From the IMG/VR virus record IMGVR_UViG_3300025264_002028, positions 39,240 to 103,239 of that record: 64,000 nt of DNA; one strand, given 5' to 3'. Source of the DNA: a virus. The notes beneath the pieces are model-generated. The model had not been told where the DNA came from and ran no database searches. It saw only the letters and a list, made by a program, of their open reading frames with translations. Below are positions 21,104 to 30,900 of this stretch, piece after piece. The position numbers and the translations under genes were made by a program. Every line of letters starts with the position of its first letter. Within the stretch, counting starts at the first letter, position 1.

Positions 21104-21544
21104 TTATCTTCTCCTTTTTACGAGGCAACTATCACACACAAAAAAATCTCGCGCGTGCGCTTCTGGAACAATACTTGTTTTACGACACTCTTCACATTTT
21201 TGCTCTACCCTTTTAGCTTTTTTTCTATCTCTTGCAGTTGGTTTGTAGGATGGGGTGGTGACATCCATAGCCTCAATTTTATCATCAACAAAAAGATTCT
21301 TACGTTTACCTTGATTAACTGGTGTAGCACTAGCAGATCGCAGGTCTTTATCATCGGTTATTGATGAGATAAAGTTGTCTTCATTTCGTGTTACTAGAGA
21401 ATCTTTCTGCGGATCTTCTTCTTTGGGCTCTTCTGGTGGCGTCTCAACTGTTGCTAGTAACGTATTGGCCATCTTAATAAGTTCAGGATCGTTAAGTTCC
21501 ATTCCCTTTTTTAATAGTTCCTTAGCTGTGTCAATTACTGACAT
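21104..21544 (-). CDS. hypothetical protein with C-terminal zinc ribbon
   Basis: CEEC...CDSC. Confidence 0.65.
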   Translation of the reverse strand: MSVIDTAKELLKKGMELNDPELIKMANTLLATVETPPEEPKEEDPQKDSLVTRNEDNFISSITDDKDLRSASATPVNQGKRKNLFVDDKIEAMDVTTPSYKPTARDRKKAKRVEQKCEECRKTSIVPEAHARDFFVCDSCLVKRRR

Positions 21545-22008
21545 TATGTTCTCCTCTTAGACAGGTTTTGTAATATATCTCCCATTCTTTTAGCATTATC
21601 AGCCTTTTCGATAAGGGAACTAAGTCTGGCATGGGTATGTGTTTTTATTTTAATAATTTCAGAAGCTAGAGGATTTTCTCTCACGGCGTTCCAATATTTT
21701 TCTTGCCATTTAGTATACTTGTCACCATATTGATTAACAATTGGAGATATTATATACCAGATGCTATCGTCAGCCCAATCTAAAATTATTCTTTGTTTAT
21801 TGTAAATGCTTTGTAAATAGTCTGCATGAGAATATAATGTATATGCCTTTTCTAGACACTCCTCAGCACTCAATGCCCGTAGTTCCATTTCACTTGTATT
21901 TAATATAATACCAGCCGTAGAATTTTCTTTCGTAATATCAATATTATTGATTGTTATCCAGTCTTCTACCTTGGATAAAAATTCATTCAATTTTGCTTCG
22001 CCACTCAT
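21544..22008 (-). CDS. hypothetical helical protein in the recombination operon
   Basis: ORF coupled to neighbours. Confidence 0.6.
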   Translation of the reverse strand: MSGEAKLNEFLSKVEDWITINNIDITKENSTAGIILNTSEMELRALSAEECLEKAYTLYSHADYLQSIYNKQRIILDWADDSIWYIISPIVNQYGDKYTKWQEKYWNAVRENPLASEIIKIKTHTHARLSSLIEKADNAKRMGDILQNLSKRRT

Positions 22009-22390
22009 CTATGTCCTCATTATATTTTAGTGCTACAAAAGTAATATCGTTTAGATTACACCATTCAACTTTATCTTTGTCCCGAGCCTGTGCTTTATAA
22101 AAGTTCATCTTGTTTTTAAAAAAATGCGAATTATATTTGAAGTGTTGTTCTCCATGGACTTCTACAATTAGATTTCTATTTGGAACAACAAAGTCAGCAC
22201 GCAAAACAGACTTTCGTATACTTGTTTTAGATCCCGGAAGAGAAACCTCCTCTAATATTCTATCAAAAGGAAAAATTTCTTCAAGAAGTTTTTTTGCTTT
22301 ATCGTGTAAGTTAGATCTTTCTTTTGACCTTGCTTGGTTACGGGCTGGTGTCCAGCTGTATTCTTTACCGTCAAGACCTTTTACTTTCAT
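21983..22390 (-). CDS. Vsr/DUF559-like endonuclease
   Basis: RADF, IVEVHGEQH, RDKDK. Confidence 0.75.
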   Translation of the reverse strand: MKVKGLDGKEYSWTPARNQARSKERSNLHDKAKKLLEEIFPFDRILEEVSLPGSKTSIRKSVLRADFVVPNRNLIVEVHGEQHFKYNSHFFKNKMNFYKAQARDKDKVEWCNLNDITFVALKYNEDIDEWRSKIE

Positions 22391-22393
22391 ACT

Positions 22394-23458
22394 CTAAAGC
22401 ATCTCCTTTATTTCGCTTTCTAATATATGAACCACCTTAGGATTCTTATCCAAGAACTGATATAGTTTTTCTTGACCCTGTACTTTTACTGATTTCAAAA
22501 CTGCCTCCATGTCTTCAATATTGACTTCTGGATTAATTTCTTTTACAAGCTCTAAATGGGATGCCATAAACTCACACGTCAACCAAGCACCAGCTTTACC
22601 TATCATACCGAGGTCTTGTCCTAGAATAATAAGCTCTTGAATCTTATCTATACCATGTCCATATTTTAGCCAGCTTTGACATTCTCCTCCCGGAGGACCC
22701 ATAGAAGAACATAATATACGCCAATTAATAGCCTGTCCTACTTGTTGATCTCTTTGCTCCCACGCGGCTATAGACTTAACTTCCATACGTGTATCGGCTT
22801 GATACTGTATTTTTTTACCGCAGTCTGGCATTCGTGGGGCGCCATAGCCTGACGTATTAGCAATAAAATGAGTAATAATAATCATAGTAGCCCGTTGCTT
22901 TGGTACAATTTGCCCTAGTTTTTTGCAGAAAACAGATAGCAGCTTGGGAAGACCTGCTCGTCCGGGGGACATATCTCCATCTAGTTCTTTTTCAGGCATT
23001 AAGGCTGAAGTAGAATCAATAATACATACGCACCTATAGTTTTCTTTAGCGCTTACTAATTTAACTGTGATGTCTAAAAATGCCTCAGCGCTTAATGGCT
23101 CGTCTTCTGCGTGTACAATATGAATTTTTTCTTTATCCAGACCATCTACGCCTAACAAATTCATTTCTTTAAGACGCCCTTCTGCATCTAAATAGATAAT
23201 CGGGCGCTCTTCCTTTTGGCAGTTAGCTGCAATTTGAAGTGCTGTAGTTGTTTTACCACACTTAGGATCGCCCGTCAAAATAATCCAAGAGCCCTCTTTA
23301 ATCCCACCTCCCAATGCGATATCTATAGATGGTCCCACAGATATAACTTTGAAGTCTTTTCGTTGATCAAGGATCTGATTACCTGTCGATATCACGTTTC
23401 CATACTTTTTAATAATTTCCTTTTTAAAGGATGGATTATTCTTTACCACAATCATCAT
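22394..23458 (-). CDS. recA: RecA/UvsX recombinase
   Basis: DIALGGG, GDPKCGKTT, YLDAEG, IIDS; start reset after SD AGGAG. Confidence 0.88.
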   Translation of the reverse strand: MMIVVKNNPSFKKEIIKKYGNVISTGNQILDQRKDFKVISVGPSIDIALGGGIKEGSWIILTGDPKCGKTTTALQIAANCQKEERPIIYLDAEGRLKEMNLLGVDGLDKEKIHIVHAEDEPLSAEAFLDITVKLVSAKENYRCVCIIDSTSALMPEKELDGDMSPGRAGLPKLLSVFCKKLGQIVPKQRATMIIITHFIANTSGYGAPRMPDCGKKIQYQADTRMEVKSIAAWEQRDQQVGQAINWRILCSSMGPPGGECQSWLKYGHGIDKIQELIILGQDLGMIGKAGAWLTCEFMASHLELVKEINPEVNIEDMEAVLKSVKVQGQEKLYQFLDKNPKVVHILESEIKEML

Positions 23459-23906
23459 CACTCCTTTCAGCTCTTTTAATTTTAGAAAACAGATTTGTCT
23501 GACCAAAGGCCTTACGAGGTTTAGAAGTATTGTCTATTTTTTTAACAATATTTTCTTCAGTCTTGGGCTGTTGATCTAGAAGATGGCGCATAAACGCCAC
23601 TTCTTTTTTAACAAATGGACGTGGATTAAAAAAACCCAGAGAATAGGTGTTCTTTCCTCTGGGGGAATTTATATATTTTATTAAGGCATCTTCACCAAAT
23701 TCTTTGATTAACTTTCTAGCTGCAACTATTTGTCCTTGATAGGACCTTTTTTGTTTTTTGTTCCAAAATTTATATGCCAGACTGCCTTCGTTATCTTTCT
23801 CGCATTTACGTTGACACATTATTTCAGCGGCGTACTGAGCAGCATCACAATATTCACCCGTTGAGGGCGACTTGAACCTGCTTACTTTGCTTCTTTTTTG
23901 AGCCAT
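23436..23906 (-). CDS. hypothetical phage protein
   Basis: 156 aa basic ORF overlapping neighbours. Confidence 0.65.
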   Translation of the reverse strand: MAQKRSKVSRFKSPSTGEYCDAAQYAAEIMCQRKCEKDNEGSLAYKFWNKKQKRSYQGQIVAARKLIKEFGEDALIKYINSPRGKNTYSLGFFNPRPFVKKEVAFMRHLLDQQPKTEENIVKKIDNTSKPRKAFGQTNLFSKIKRAERSDDDCGKE

Positions 23907-24363
23907 CTTTAAAAATCATTAGGTTAACGTTTTCGGGGGTCAATTTTCTAGTTTGGACGGGTGCCTCGAATTCGCACAGCGGCCAACTAAATTTTCTAAC
24001 GTCTACAGTTTCAAGGTTATCATTTAAAACGCCGGCTGTCAAGTGCTGAAAAGCAGTAGCTGCTCCACTTTCCATATTTATATCTTTAGACACGCCACGT
24101 ACTACAAACACTCCGTCCAAACCGTTGGGATTATCAAACAAAACTTCCTGAGGGGCGCCAAAAACCAATACTTGAACCTTGGTTACACATTCTCCAGTTT
24201 CTTCACAAAAATTCATAAGGCGCTCCCATGGAGAGCCCGTTTCTCCGGGCCTGTCATAATCTGACCATACAGTTTGACCGTCTGTCAGCGCGCATTTCCA
24301 GAGAATTTCTATATCTTCCATAAGGAGTTTATGAACATATGAGTCTTGTTTGGTACAAAGCAT
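23854..24363 (-). CDS. hypothetical protein
   Basis: ATG 24363 two nt after the upstream stop. Confidence 0.65.
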   Translation of the reverse strand: MLCTKQDSYVHKLLMEDIEILWKCALTDGQTVWSDYDRPGETGSPWERLMNFCEETGECVTKVQVLVFGAPQEVLFDNPNGLDGVFVVRGVSKDINMESGAATAFQHLTAGVLNDNLETVDVRKFSWPLCEFEAPVQTRKLTPENVNLMIFKDGSKKKQSKQVQVALNG

Positions 24364-24364
24364 A

Positions 24365-24676
24365 TCAGTCCTCTTTAATCTTGTGTATTGATCCTTCATG
24401 TCTGGTAGAGACATTTACTTTATTTTTTCGTTTGTTTTTATTTTCATCTGACACTATTGAGGCCGCTTCTGTCATTACCACCACTCCTCTCTCCTTTTTT
24501 CGGGCAAATAGATTATGCGTTATAGTGGTTGCATCTACGTCATCTTTAATAGTTTCTAGATGTCCAGTAACTATTGTTTCTGATCTATTCAGCTTTTTAG
24601 ACAAAGACGCTACAGTTTTATTGGAGTTTTGTTCTATGTAAGACTTCTCATCGTTAGATAGTGGTCCACGTTTCAT
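24365..24676 (-). CDS. hypothetical protein, N-terminal HTH-like
   Basis: LSNDEKSYI...VASLSKKLNRSETIV pattern. Confidence 0.6.
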   Translation of the reverse strand: MKRGPLSNDEKSYIEQNSNKTVASLSKKLNRSETIVTGHLETIKDDVDATTITHNLFARKKERGVVVMTEAASIVSDENKNKRKNKVNVSTRHEGSIHKIKED

Positions 24677-24677
24677 A

Positions 24678-25010
24678 TTAGTTCTCCATCATAAGCCTTC
24701 TGGCTCTAGTAAGGAATATCCTACTCGAAGATTTCAGATATTCTATATACAAATCAAATACATTTTTTTTAACTTTTTTGAAATCAAAATAAGGCCTGTT
24801 ATACGTAAGCCTGTCTGCGTGATATGGATCGAGAAGATCTCCTCTTCCATATTTTACATAATAAATTTCAGCATCACCTTTTATGATTAATTTAGCAAAT
24901 GCCATTTTTTGTTCAGCCGTCTTTCCTCCGTTACCATAGAAGACTTCTGTGGTTTTAGGAGGTTCAGGAATATTTAATCCTGAAAGATCTTCATTTTCCC
25001 ACCTAGCCAT
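24678..25010 (-). CDS. hypothetical protein
   Basis: 110 aa ORF with SD GGAG. Confidence 0.65.
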   Translation of the reverse strand: MARWENEDLSGLNIPEPPKTTEVFYGNGGKTAEQKMAFAKLIIKGDAEIYYVKYGRGDLLDPYHADRLTYNRPYFDFKKVKKNVFDLYIEYLKSSSRIFLTRARRLMMEN

Positions 25011-25233
25011 TTAAACTCTCCAGTTTATCTTTAACTTGTTTAAGACAATCGGCCTCATTTAGACCGTCTAAAGTAAATTCAGCCGCGTTTGAAATACCGT
25101 ATTTGTTAAAAGTTTTAGTGCTTAATGGTGTTGTGTCTAAGCTTCCATCTGTATTTCTTTTAACTATTTCTACAGTGAATCGTATAGTTGCATGATGAGG
25201 ACAGTTCGCTCTTATAGGATCTTTTTCTATAAT
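25003..25233 (-). CDS. unannotated 76 aa protein with non-canonical (ATT/ATA) start
   Basis: Stop-free frame fills the gap between genes (IEKDPIRANCPHH...LESLNG*); AGGGAGG SD just upstream; no ATG/GTG/TTG in frame. Confidence 0.65.
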   Translation of the reverse strand: MIEKDPIRANCPHHATIRFTVEIVKRNTDGSLDTTPLSTKTFNKYGISNAAEFTLDGLNEADCLKQVKDKLESLNG

Positions 25234-25235
25234 TG

Positions 25236-25574
25236 TTAGCCCTCCCTAATCCACTTGGCTTTTTGTTTCGGAGTCATTTTATTAATTTTTCTGTACAGAT
25301 CAGATTTTTCTTTATTTTGCTTGTCTTCGACGGCGTTGTCTTCTTTTCGTCTTTTGTCCAGTTCATATTTTCCCATTTTAGATTTGTTTCTATCGGCCAT
25401 TTGTCCCACCGTAGTAGGCTCCCCAACTACGAATGCAATTGGGGCCTCTAAAGTTACTCGTTGTAATTTTTTCTTTTTGCATTCAGGACATTTAGATAAT
25501 GCATCATCTTTAATACTTTGCGAAACCGAAAAGCTGTGGTCACACGATGAGCACTCATAATCATATGTTATCAT
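25236..25574 (-). CDS. FmdB-family zinc ribbon protein
   Basis: YDYECSSCDHSF...CPECKK. Confidence 0.85.
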   Translation of the reverse strand: MITYDYECSSCDHSFSVSQSIKDDALSKCPECKKKKLQRVTLEAPIAFVVGEPTTVGQMADRNKSKMGKYELDKRRKEDNAVEDKQNKEKSDLYRKINKMTPKQKAKWIREG

Positions 25575-25575
25575 G

Positions 25576-25902
25576 TTAATATTTTGCATAAAGTAAATAA
25601 TAAAGCAACCAAAAGTGGAACGCCAATATGCCCACGGCGGTTGCAAATGTTTTATTTCTTAGTTTATCTATCAAATAGAATTTTTGTAAAAAGGTAGCTA
25701 TAAAGAATGTATTTATAAATTTTAACGCTATCAATAAGGAAACTTTTCCGCCGCTATGTGTTATTATAAACTTTGCTACAGGATTTTGCTCATTTTCCAA
25801 AATAATTTCTTGGGTTTCTATAGTCCAAAAGCAATCCACCGCAACAATGACTACGATAATAATTATCATAGCGTTGAATGTTATGTTTTTAAGTGTTGTC
25901 AT
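25576..25902 (-). CDS. small membrane protein (DUF5658-like)
   Basis: Three hydrophobic segments; D...T...EQNP motif. Confidence 0.65.
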   Translation of the reverse strand: MTTLKNITFNAMIIIIVVIVAVDCFWTIETQEIILENEQNPVAKFIITHSGGKVSLLIALKFINTFFIATFLQKFYLIDKLRNKTFATAVGILAFHFWLLYYLLYAKY

Positions 25903-26573
25903 GATAGTTCAATTAAGATCTTAGCTATTATATTATTCCTAACTATATCTGAATTATCCAATTCACAAACTGACACTCCATCGACATTCTTTAGTTTATC
26001 CATACAGCGAGAAAGAGCACCTGCTTCGTTACTGACCAAGTCTGTTTGATAGAGATCACCGTTGATAATTGCTTTAGATTCTTGACCAATTCTGGTAATA
26101 AACATTTTTATTTGTTCATAGGTGGCATTTTGTGCCTCGTCAAGAATCATAAAACAGTCATGAAAATTTCTTCCCCTCATATATTCTAGGGGGCATAACT
26201 CAATTTTACCCTGTGATCTGAAACTATTAACAGTTTCCCTACTGAGAAAAAGATTTAACTCTTCTATTATAGGCATTAAATAAGGCTGTACTTTTTCAGT
26301 GAGTGAACCGGGTAGATAGCCTAAGCCTCTCCCCGCTTCTACGACTGGCCTTGATACTATAATTCTGTCAACCTTTTTACTTAAAAGATATTCAGATGCT
26401 AAACCTACCGCAACGGCTGTTTTACCAGACCCAGCTGGACCAGAACAGAAAGTAATTTCTGATTCCACCATGGATATAATATATTCTCGTTGATTTTCTG
26501 TTTTTGGTTTTAATTGTTTCCTATAATGTAAAGGTTGGTGTGGTGACTTTGGTTGTTTTCTTCTTCTAGGCAT
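25899..26573 (-). CDS. phoH: PhoH family ATPase
   Basis: GPAGSGKT, GYLPG, YMRGR, LDEAQN, GDLYQTD. Confidence 0.95.
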   Translation of the reverse strand: MPRRRKQPKSPHQPLHYRKQLKPKTENQREYIISMVESEITFCSGPAGSGKTAVAVGLASEYLLSKKVDRIIVSRPVVEAGRGLGYLPGSLTEKVQPYLMPIIEELNLFLSRETVNSFRSQGKIELCPLEYMRGRNFHDCFMILDEAQNATYEQIKMFITRIGQESKAIINGDLYQTDLVSNEAGALSRCMDKLKNVDGVSVCELDNSDIVRNNIIAKILIELS

Positions 26574-26583
26574 TAAATTTGGT

Positions 26584-27069
26584 TTACCTTCTGAAGGTGG
26601 GACGATCAGTGCGAGTTCTAAGTCCATCATACCATAGTTTACGTCGATTGTCAACACGTTTTCTATTGTGGCGATCATGATGAGCGTGCGCTCTAGGATG
26701 CACATTAATAAAAACATCTACTTGACGACGTGGTCGATAGCGTACTGACCACCAACATCTGTTACATCTACAGTTGGGATGATGACGATATTGGTTTATG
26801 CCTCCATTACCAAAAATAATAATAATACGGGGTTTGATCTTAGATCTGTGTATCCTATCTTTTCTTCTCTTCGCCTCTTCTGCGGCTCTTTCTTTAATTT
26901 TTTTACGAATTTCTCTTTTGATACACGCCCTACACTTATCACATGCCTTGCAGCTATCAATACATCCTTGCTCGTCGCACTCACAATCTTTATGTTTACG
27001 GGGAGTGGCCGCCAAAGAAGGGGTAGCCATCATTAAAAATAGTACCGTAGTAATAATTAAGTGTTTCAT
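26584..27069 (-). CDS. secreted Cys/His/Arg-rich protein
   Basis: Signal peptide; CECDEQGCIDSCKACDKCRAC; SD GGAGG. Confidence 0.65.
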   Translation of the reverse strand: MKHLIITTVLFLMMATPSLAATPRKHKDCECDEQGCIDSCKACDKCRACIKREIRKKIKERAAEEAKRRKDRIHRSKIKPRIIIIFGNGGINQYRHHPNCRCNRCWWSVRYRPRRQVDVFINVHPRAHAHHDRHNRKRVDNRRKLWYDGLRTRTDRPTFRR

Positions 27070-27076
27070 TTTATCC

Positions 27077-27160
27077 TCCAGAAAAGAAAACGGGTTTTAA
27101 CTGAATTGATCAGTACAGAGAGGAGAACCCGAAACCTCCTGCATAATAAAGCTGCTGATC
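27077..27160 (-). other. structured intergenic RNA element (terminator/pseudoknot candidate)
   Basis: AGGAG/CUCCU stem whose loop CGGGUU matches downstream AACCCG; ACUGA/UCAGU hairpin; U-rich tail. Confidence 0.4.
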
Positions 27161-28427
27161 AAACCAGCTCTGTCATGGGATCTCGGTGATCTAGAAGATA
27201 CTGAGGTCGTCCACCTGTGTCGATAACCGTTGTGTCTCTAGGATCAATTCCAAGATTATAATAAATCGTACTAGTAATTTCCTGAAAATGAACTGGGCGC
27301 TCGACAGCGTGTTCACCAAGACGATTTGTTTCGCCAATCGTTTGACCAAGCTTCATACCGCCACCAGCCAATAGAGCGCAACTAACTTGTGGCCAGTGAT
27401 CTCGGCCAGCACCCTTATTAATCTTGGGTGTACGACCAAACTCGCCCCATACCACAACAGTCACATCATCAAGCATCCCTCTTTCATCCAGATCCTCAAC
27501 CAATGCGCTGACACACTGATCAAGCTTACCACCATGATCTCTAACGAGATCAAAGTTAGCGCCATGACTATCCCATCTACCATAAGAAAGGCTCACAGAA
27601 CGCACTCCTACCTCAACCAAACGGCGTGCCATGAGGACGTGTTCATTAACAGTAGGAGCACCGTCATACTGATACTTAAAAGGCTTACCATCTCCATAAC
27701 GTTCACGGATTTTAGGGTCCTCCTGACTTAAATCCAGAGCGTCTACAAGTTTACTAGAAGTAAGTACATCAAAAGCCTCATCAATGAAAACATCTCCTTC
27801 AGGCTTAATATTACCAAGGCCTGTTAGCAATTCTTTTCTAGATTGTAGCCTATCTTTAGTAATACCATTAAGGGTGAGGTCAGACATCATCTCGCCATTA
27901 GGTTTAAAAGGTCTATGGGAGATACCGAGATAGCCCTCACTACCAGACTCAGACCACGGGCTATGTTTGGTTTTAGCTGCCAGACCAATAGTGGCTGGAA
28001 CTGATACGTCTACGGGACCTTGAATCTTTGAAGCAACCGATCCAATACTAGGATAGCCAACTCCAACGATCTTTTCATTTCGTCCCCATCCGCTCATACA
28101 TTGATAGCCGTCATGACCACCAGCCGAACCGATCACTGAACGAATAGCAACAAACTTATCCATCATAGAGGCGATCTTAGGAAAACTTTCTCCAATCTGG
28201 ATACCGGGTACTGACGTATCGATAGGCTGGAATTCGCCTCTAATTTCTGCGGGAGCATCTGTTTTAATGTCCCACATGTCTTGATGCGGAGGACCTCCTC
28301 CTAAAAATATATTAATAACAGCTTTGTGTTGGGTGCCGTTTTGTTGTTGTGCCTGTAAAATATTAGGCAAAGACAACATACCAAAACCGCCCACCGATAA
28401 GAATCCTCTTCTTGATAGTCTAAACAT
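27159..28427 (-). CDS. DUF1501 family protein with Tat signal
   Basis: SRRGFL, GGPPHQDMWD, WDSH, GEFGRTP, GRDHWP. Confidence 0.93.
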   Translation of the reverse strand: MFRLSRRGFLSVGGFGMLSLPNILQAQQQNGTQHKAVINIFLGGGPPHQDMWDIKTDAPAEIRGEFQPIDTSVPGIQIGESFPKIASMMDKFVAIRSVIGSAGGHDGYQCMSGWGRNEKIVGVGYPSIGSVASKIQGPVDVSVPATIGLAAKTKHSPWSESGSEGYLGISHRPFKPNGEMMSDLTLNGITKDRLQSRKELLTGLGNIKPEGDVFIDEAFDVLTSSKLVDALDLSQEDPKIRERYGDGKPFKYQYDGAPTVNEHVLMARRLVEVGVRSVSLSYGRWDSHGANFDLVRDHGGKLDQCVSALVEDLDERGMLDDVTVVVWGEFGRTPKINKGAGRDHWPQVSCALLAGGGMKLGQTIGETNRLGEHAVERPVHFQEITSTIYYNLGIDPRDTTVIDTGGRPQYLLDHRDPMTELV

Positions 28428-28440
28428 CTTAATCTCCTAA

Positions 28441-29691
28441 TCATAAAATTGATTGGGCTTCACCCTCTAACAAGTAACGCGGCCTTCCGCCATTATCCAC
28501 TTTCTGAATACTCATAGGAATATTAAAGTGGTCAAATAGTGTTGCGCACACATCCAACGGACCATATGGGTTTTCTTTAGGTGTATACGACTTATCAGCC
28601 TTACCTACAGTTCTTCCTAACTCATATTCTCCTCCAGCCATAAGCATAGGTGACATCGCGGGCCAGTGGTCGCGACCTGCGTTGCCATTAAGTTTAGTTC
28701 GGCCAAACTCTCCGGTGACCACCAGTAAAATCTTTTCATTTAATCCTTTTTCCCAGACATCCTGCAAGAAAGCCGCAATAGCCTGATCAACAGGAGGAAC
28801 TCTACCCTTAAGAGCATTAGAAATATTACCATGCATGTCCCAACCCCCGTAGTGCATCGTAATAAATTTTGTACCATACTCTGAAAGTCTACGTGCTAGT
28901 AACATTTGCTTTCCAATATCGGTATTACCATATGCATCTCTAGTTTTAGTTGGCTCTTTATCGATATTGAATGCCAGCTTAGCAGTGCCGAGAATAGTAT
29001 CATAAGCCTGTGTAGTATATTTACCTATGGAATTAGCTGCATTACTAACGATTTCATGCTGCTTATCCAAGGCCGCCAGTAATTCACCGCGCGACTTGAA
29101 TCTACCTATTTCTACTCTAGGACTGAGGTTGTCCTTGTTGGAAGGATCAAATGGTTTATACGCTCCACCTAACCATGAAGGTCCCTCTCCCGAAATACCA
29201 CCTTGTTTAATATAAGTTGGAATTCCCGTAGAAGTATTAGCTCCATAGATGGAAGAAACGATAGAGCCAAAACCCGGATATTTTGGGTTGGATGTTTGGG
29301 CTCGTTCGCCGTTGTAGTGACCCGTCATCATCCAGTGAGTTGCTTGACGATGAGATGAGTCACCGTGCGTAAAAGAATTAACAGTTACAATTTTATCTTT
29401 ATGTTTAAATGTTTGAAGCCAATCAGCCCCTAATGATATATTAGTAGCGCTGTCATATAACAACCCATTCACAGGTCTAAATTGATCAGGAACATTGAAA
29501 TCAGTGGGAGCATGAAACGTTTCAAATTGAGTGGGTCCACCACCCAGCCACAGCCATACTACTGATTTGTCTTTTAGAGCCAGCTCCTCTTCTTCCGATA
29601 ATGCTAAATCGGATAGACCTATCGTAGACATTCCAGCTCCGATACTTCCCATACGTAAAAAATCACGCCTATTAAAATAAAAATCTAACAT
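28441..29691 (-). CDS. DUF1501 family protein with Tat signal
   Basis: NRRDFL, GGGPTQFETF, WDMH, GEFGRT, GRDHWP. Confidence 0.93.
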   Translation of the reverse strand: MLDFYFNRRDFLRMGSIGAGMSTIGLSDLALSEEEELALKDKSVVWLWLGGGPTQFETFHAPTDFNVPDQFRPVNGLLYDSATNISLGADWLQTFKHKDKIVTVNSFTHGDSSHRQATHWMMTGHYNGERAQTSNPKYPGFGSIVSSIYGANTSTGIPTYIKQGGISGEGPSWLGGAYKPFDPSNKDNLSPRVEIGRFKSRGELLAALDKQHEIVSNAANSIGKYTTQAYDTILGTAKLAFNIDKEPTKTRDAYGNTDIGKQMLLARRLSEYGTKFITMHYGGWDMHGNISNALKGRVPPVDQAIAAFLQDVWEKGLNEKILLVVTGEFGRTKLNGNAGRDHWPAMSPMLMAGGEYELGRTVGKADKSYTPKENPYGPLDVCATLFDHFNIPMSIQKVDNGGRPRYLLEGEAQSIL

Positions 29692-29703
29692 GCTTTCCTC
29701 CTT

Positions 29704-30900
29704 CTAGTAGATATCGGCTCCTCGCGTTATACTTTGAATAGCTGTATGCCTGTAAGGAACGTAATCATTAAATGTATTGGCATATTCTAAAGTGAGTTCC
29801 GTATTACCGCCTCCAGTGTCTCCTCCGCTGTATGATATAGAAGATAGATAATTTTTTGTACTAAGATCCCAAACAAAATATGTATAAATAAGTGGGTTGG
29901 TGGTTGGAATTGTCGCTGCTATCTTAATCGGACAATCTGCTGTTTGTCCCGGCGCAGCATTTGCATTAGTATTGAAGTTCGTGTCTACATTTTTAACAGC
30001 CCTATTAAAAGTTGTTTCTCCTGACCGAAACCCCTGCGCAGCAATCCCATTGAATGAGCATGTAATTTCCAATGGCATATTAATATATTTCCATTTATTC
30101 AATTCATTAGCCTTAAGGTCAGTACCAGCATCAAGTTCAGACCCACGCCAATTTCCCATATCAGGAAGTTCAGAATAAGTTACACCCACAGAAATATCTA
30201 TACTTTGAAGACCCTGCAAACTAGCAATTGGAGTAAAGGTTTGTGTCACTTCATCTGGATAAGTGCCTCCTGTAATGTGACTCCATTTTACTAAACTAGC
30301 GCTTTCTGGAAACGTAGGAAGATTAGTATAATCTGCTACTTCCAAATAATCTATATTTCTGCGCGTACTTTTAGTAATAAATGTTAATGATTCTGTAACT
30401 GCTTGTCCTACAGATATATTATATGATACATTTGTTAAAAGGCAATATTCATAGGTAATAGATTCGACTAAGTCTGGAGTTGGGTCAGTCGGATCAATAA
30501 CTTTACCTATATAAGCAGCCGCGTCTGCCCCGTATAGTAGAACTATATTATATTGAGGTAATTCGTTGCCTGACATCCCAAAGTTAGCAGTATTCAGAAA
30601 ATAACTGGCGTCATAGGCTACAGGAGGAGATGTAGTAGGCGTGTAAAAGGGTGTAGTATTTTCGTCTAGGACACGCTCAATAGTTATTTCTATATTTGGT
30701 TGTTCATACCATAAATAATTTCTTTGGGATCTTCCGATATCGGGAAGACTATAAGAGGGCGTATCGACATTTACGCCTACAGATTGAATCCCACTTAGAA
30801 ATGTAGCGTCAGTGGGATCACTAATATAAGATGTGGGGCTTACTTTCTTGTACAAAACCCCTTGACAGGCATAAAATATCCTGTTATTATTATTTACCAT
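29704..30900 (-). CDS. putative virion structural protein (tail-tube-like)
   Basis: Thr/Asn/Gly-rich, beta-strand-like; two-fold QSV/QSI...LPD(I/M)G internal repeat; function inferred. Confidence 0.45.
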   Translation of the reverse strand: MVNNNNRIFYACQGVLYKKVSPTSYISDPTDATFLSGIQSVGVNVDTPSYSLPDIGRSQRNYLWYEQPNIEITIERVLDENTTPFYTPTTSPPVAYDASYFLNTANFGMSGNELPQYNIVLLYGADAAAYIGKVIDPTDPTPDLVESITYEYCLLTNVSYNISVGQAVTESLTFITKSTRRNIDYLEVADYTNLPTFPESASLVKWSHITGGTYPDEVTQTFTPIASLQGLQSIDISVGVTYSELPDMGNWRGSELDAGTDLKANELNKWKYINMPLEITCSFNGIAAQGFRSGETTFNRAVKNVDTNFNTNANAAPGQTADCPIKIAATIPTTNPLIYTYFVWDLSTKNYLSSISYSGGDTGGGNTELTLEYANTFNDYVPYRHTAIQSITRGADIY

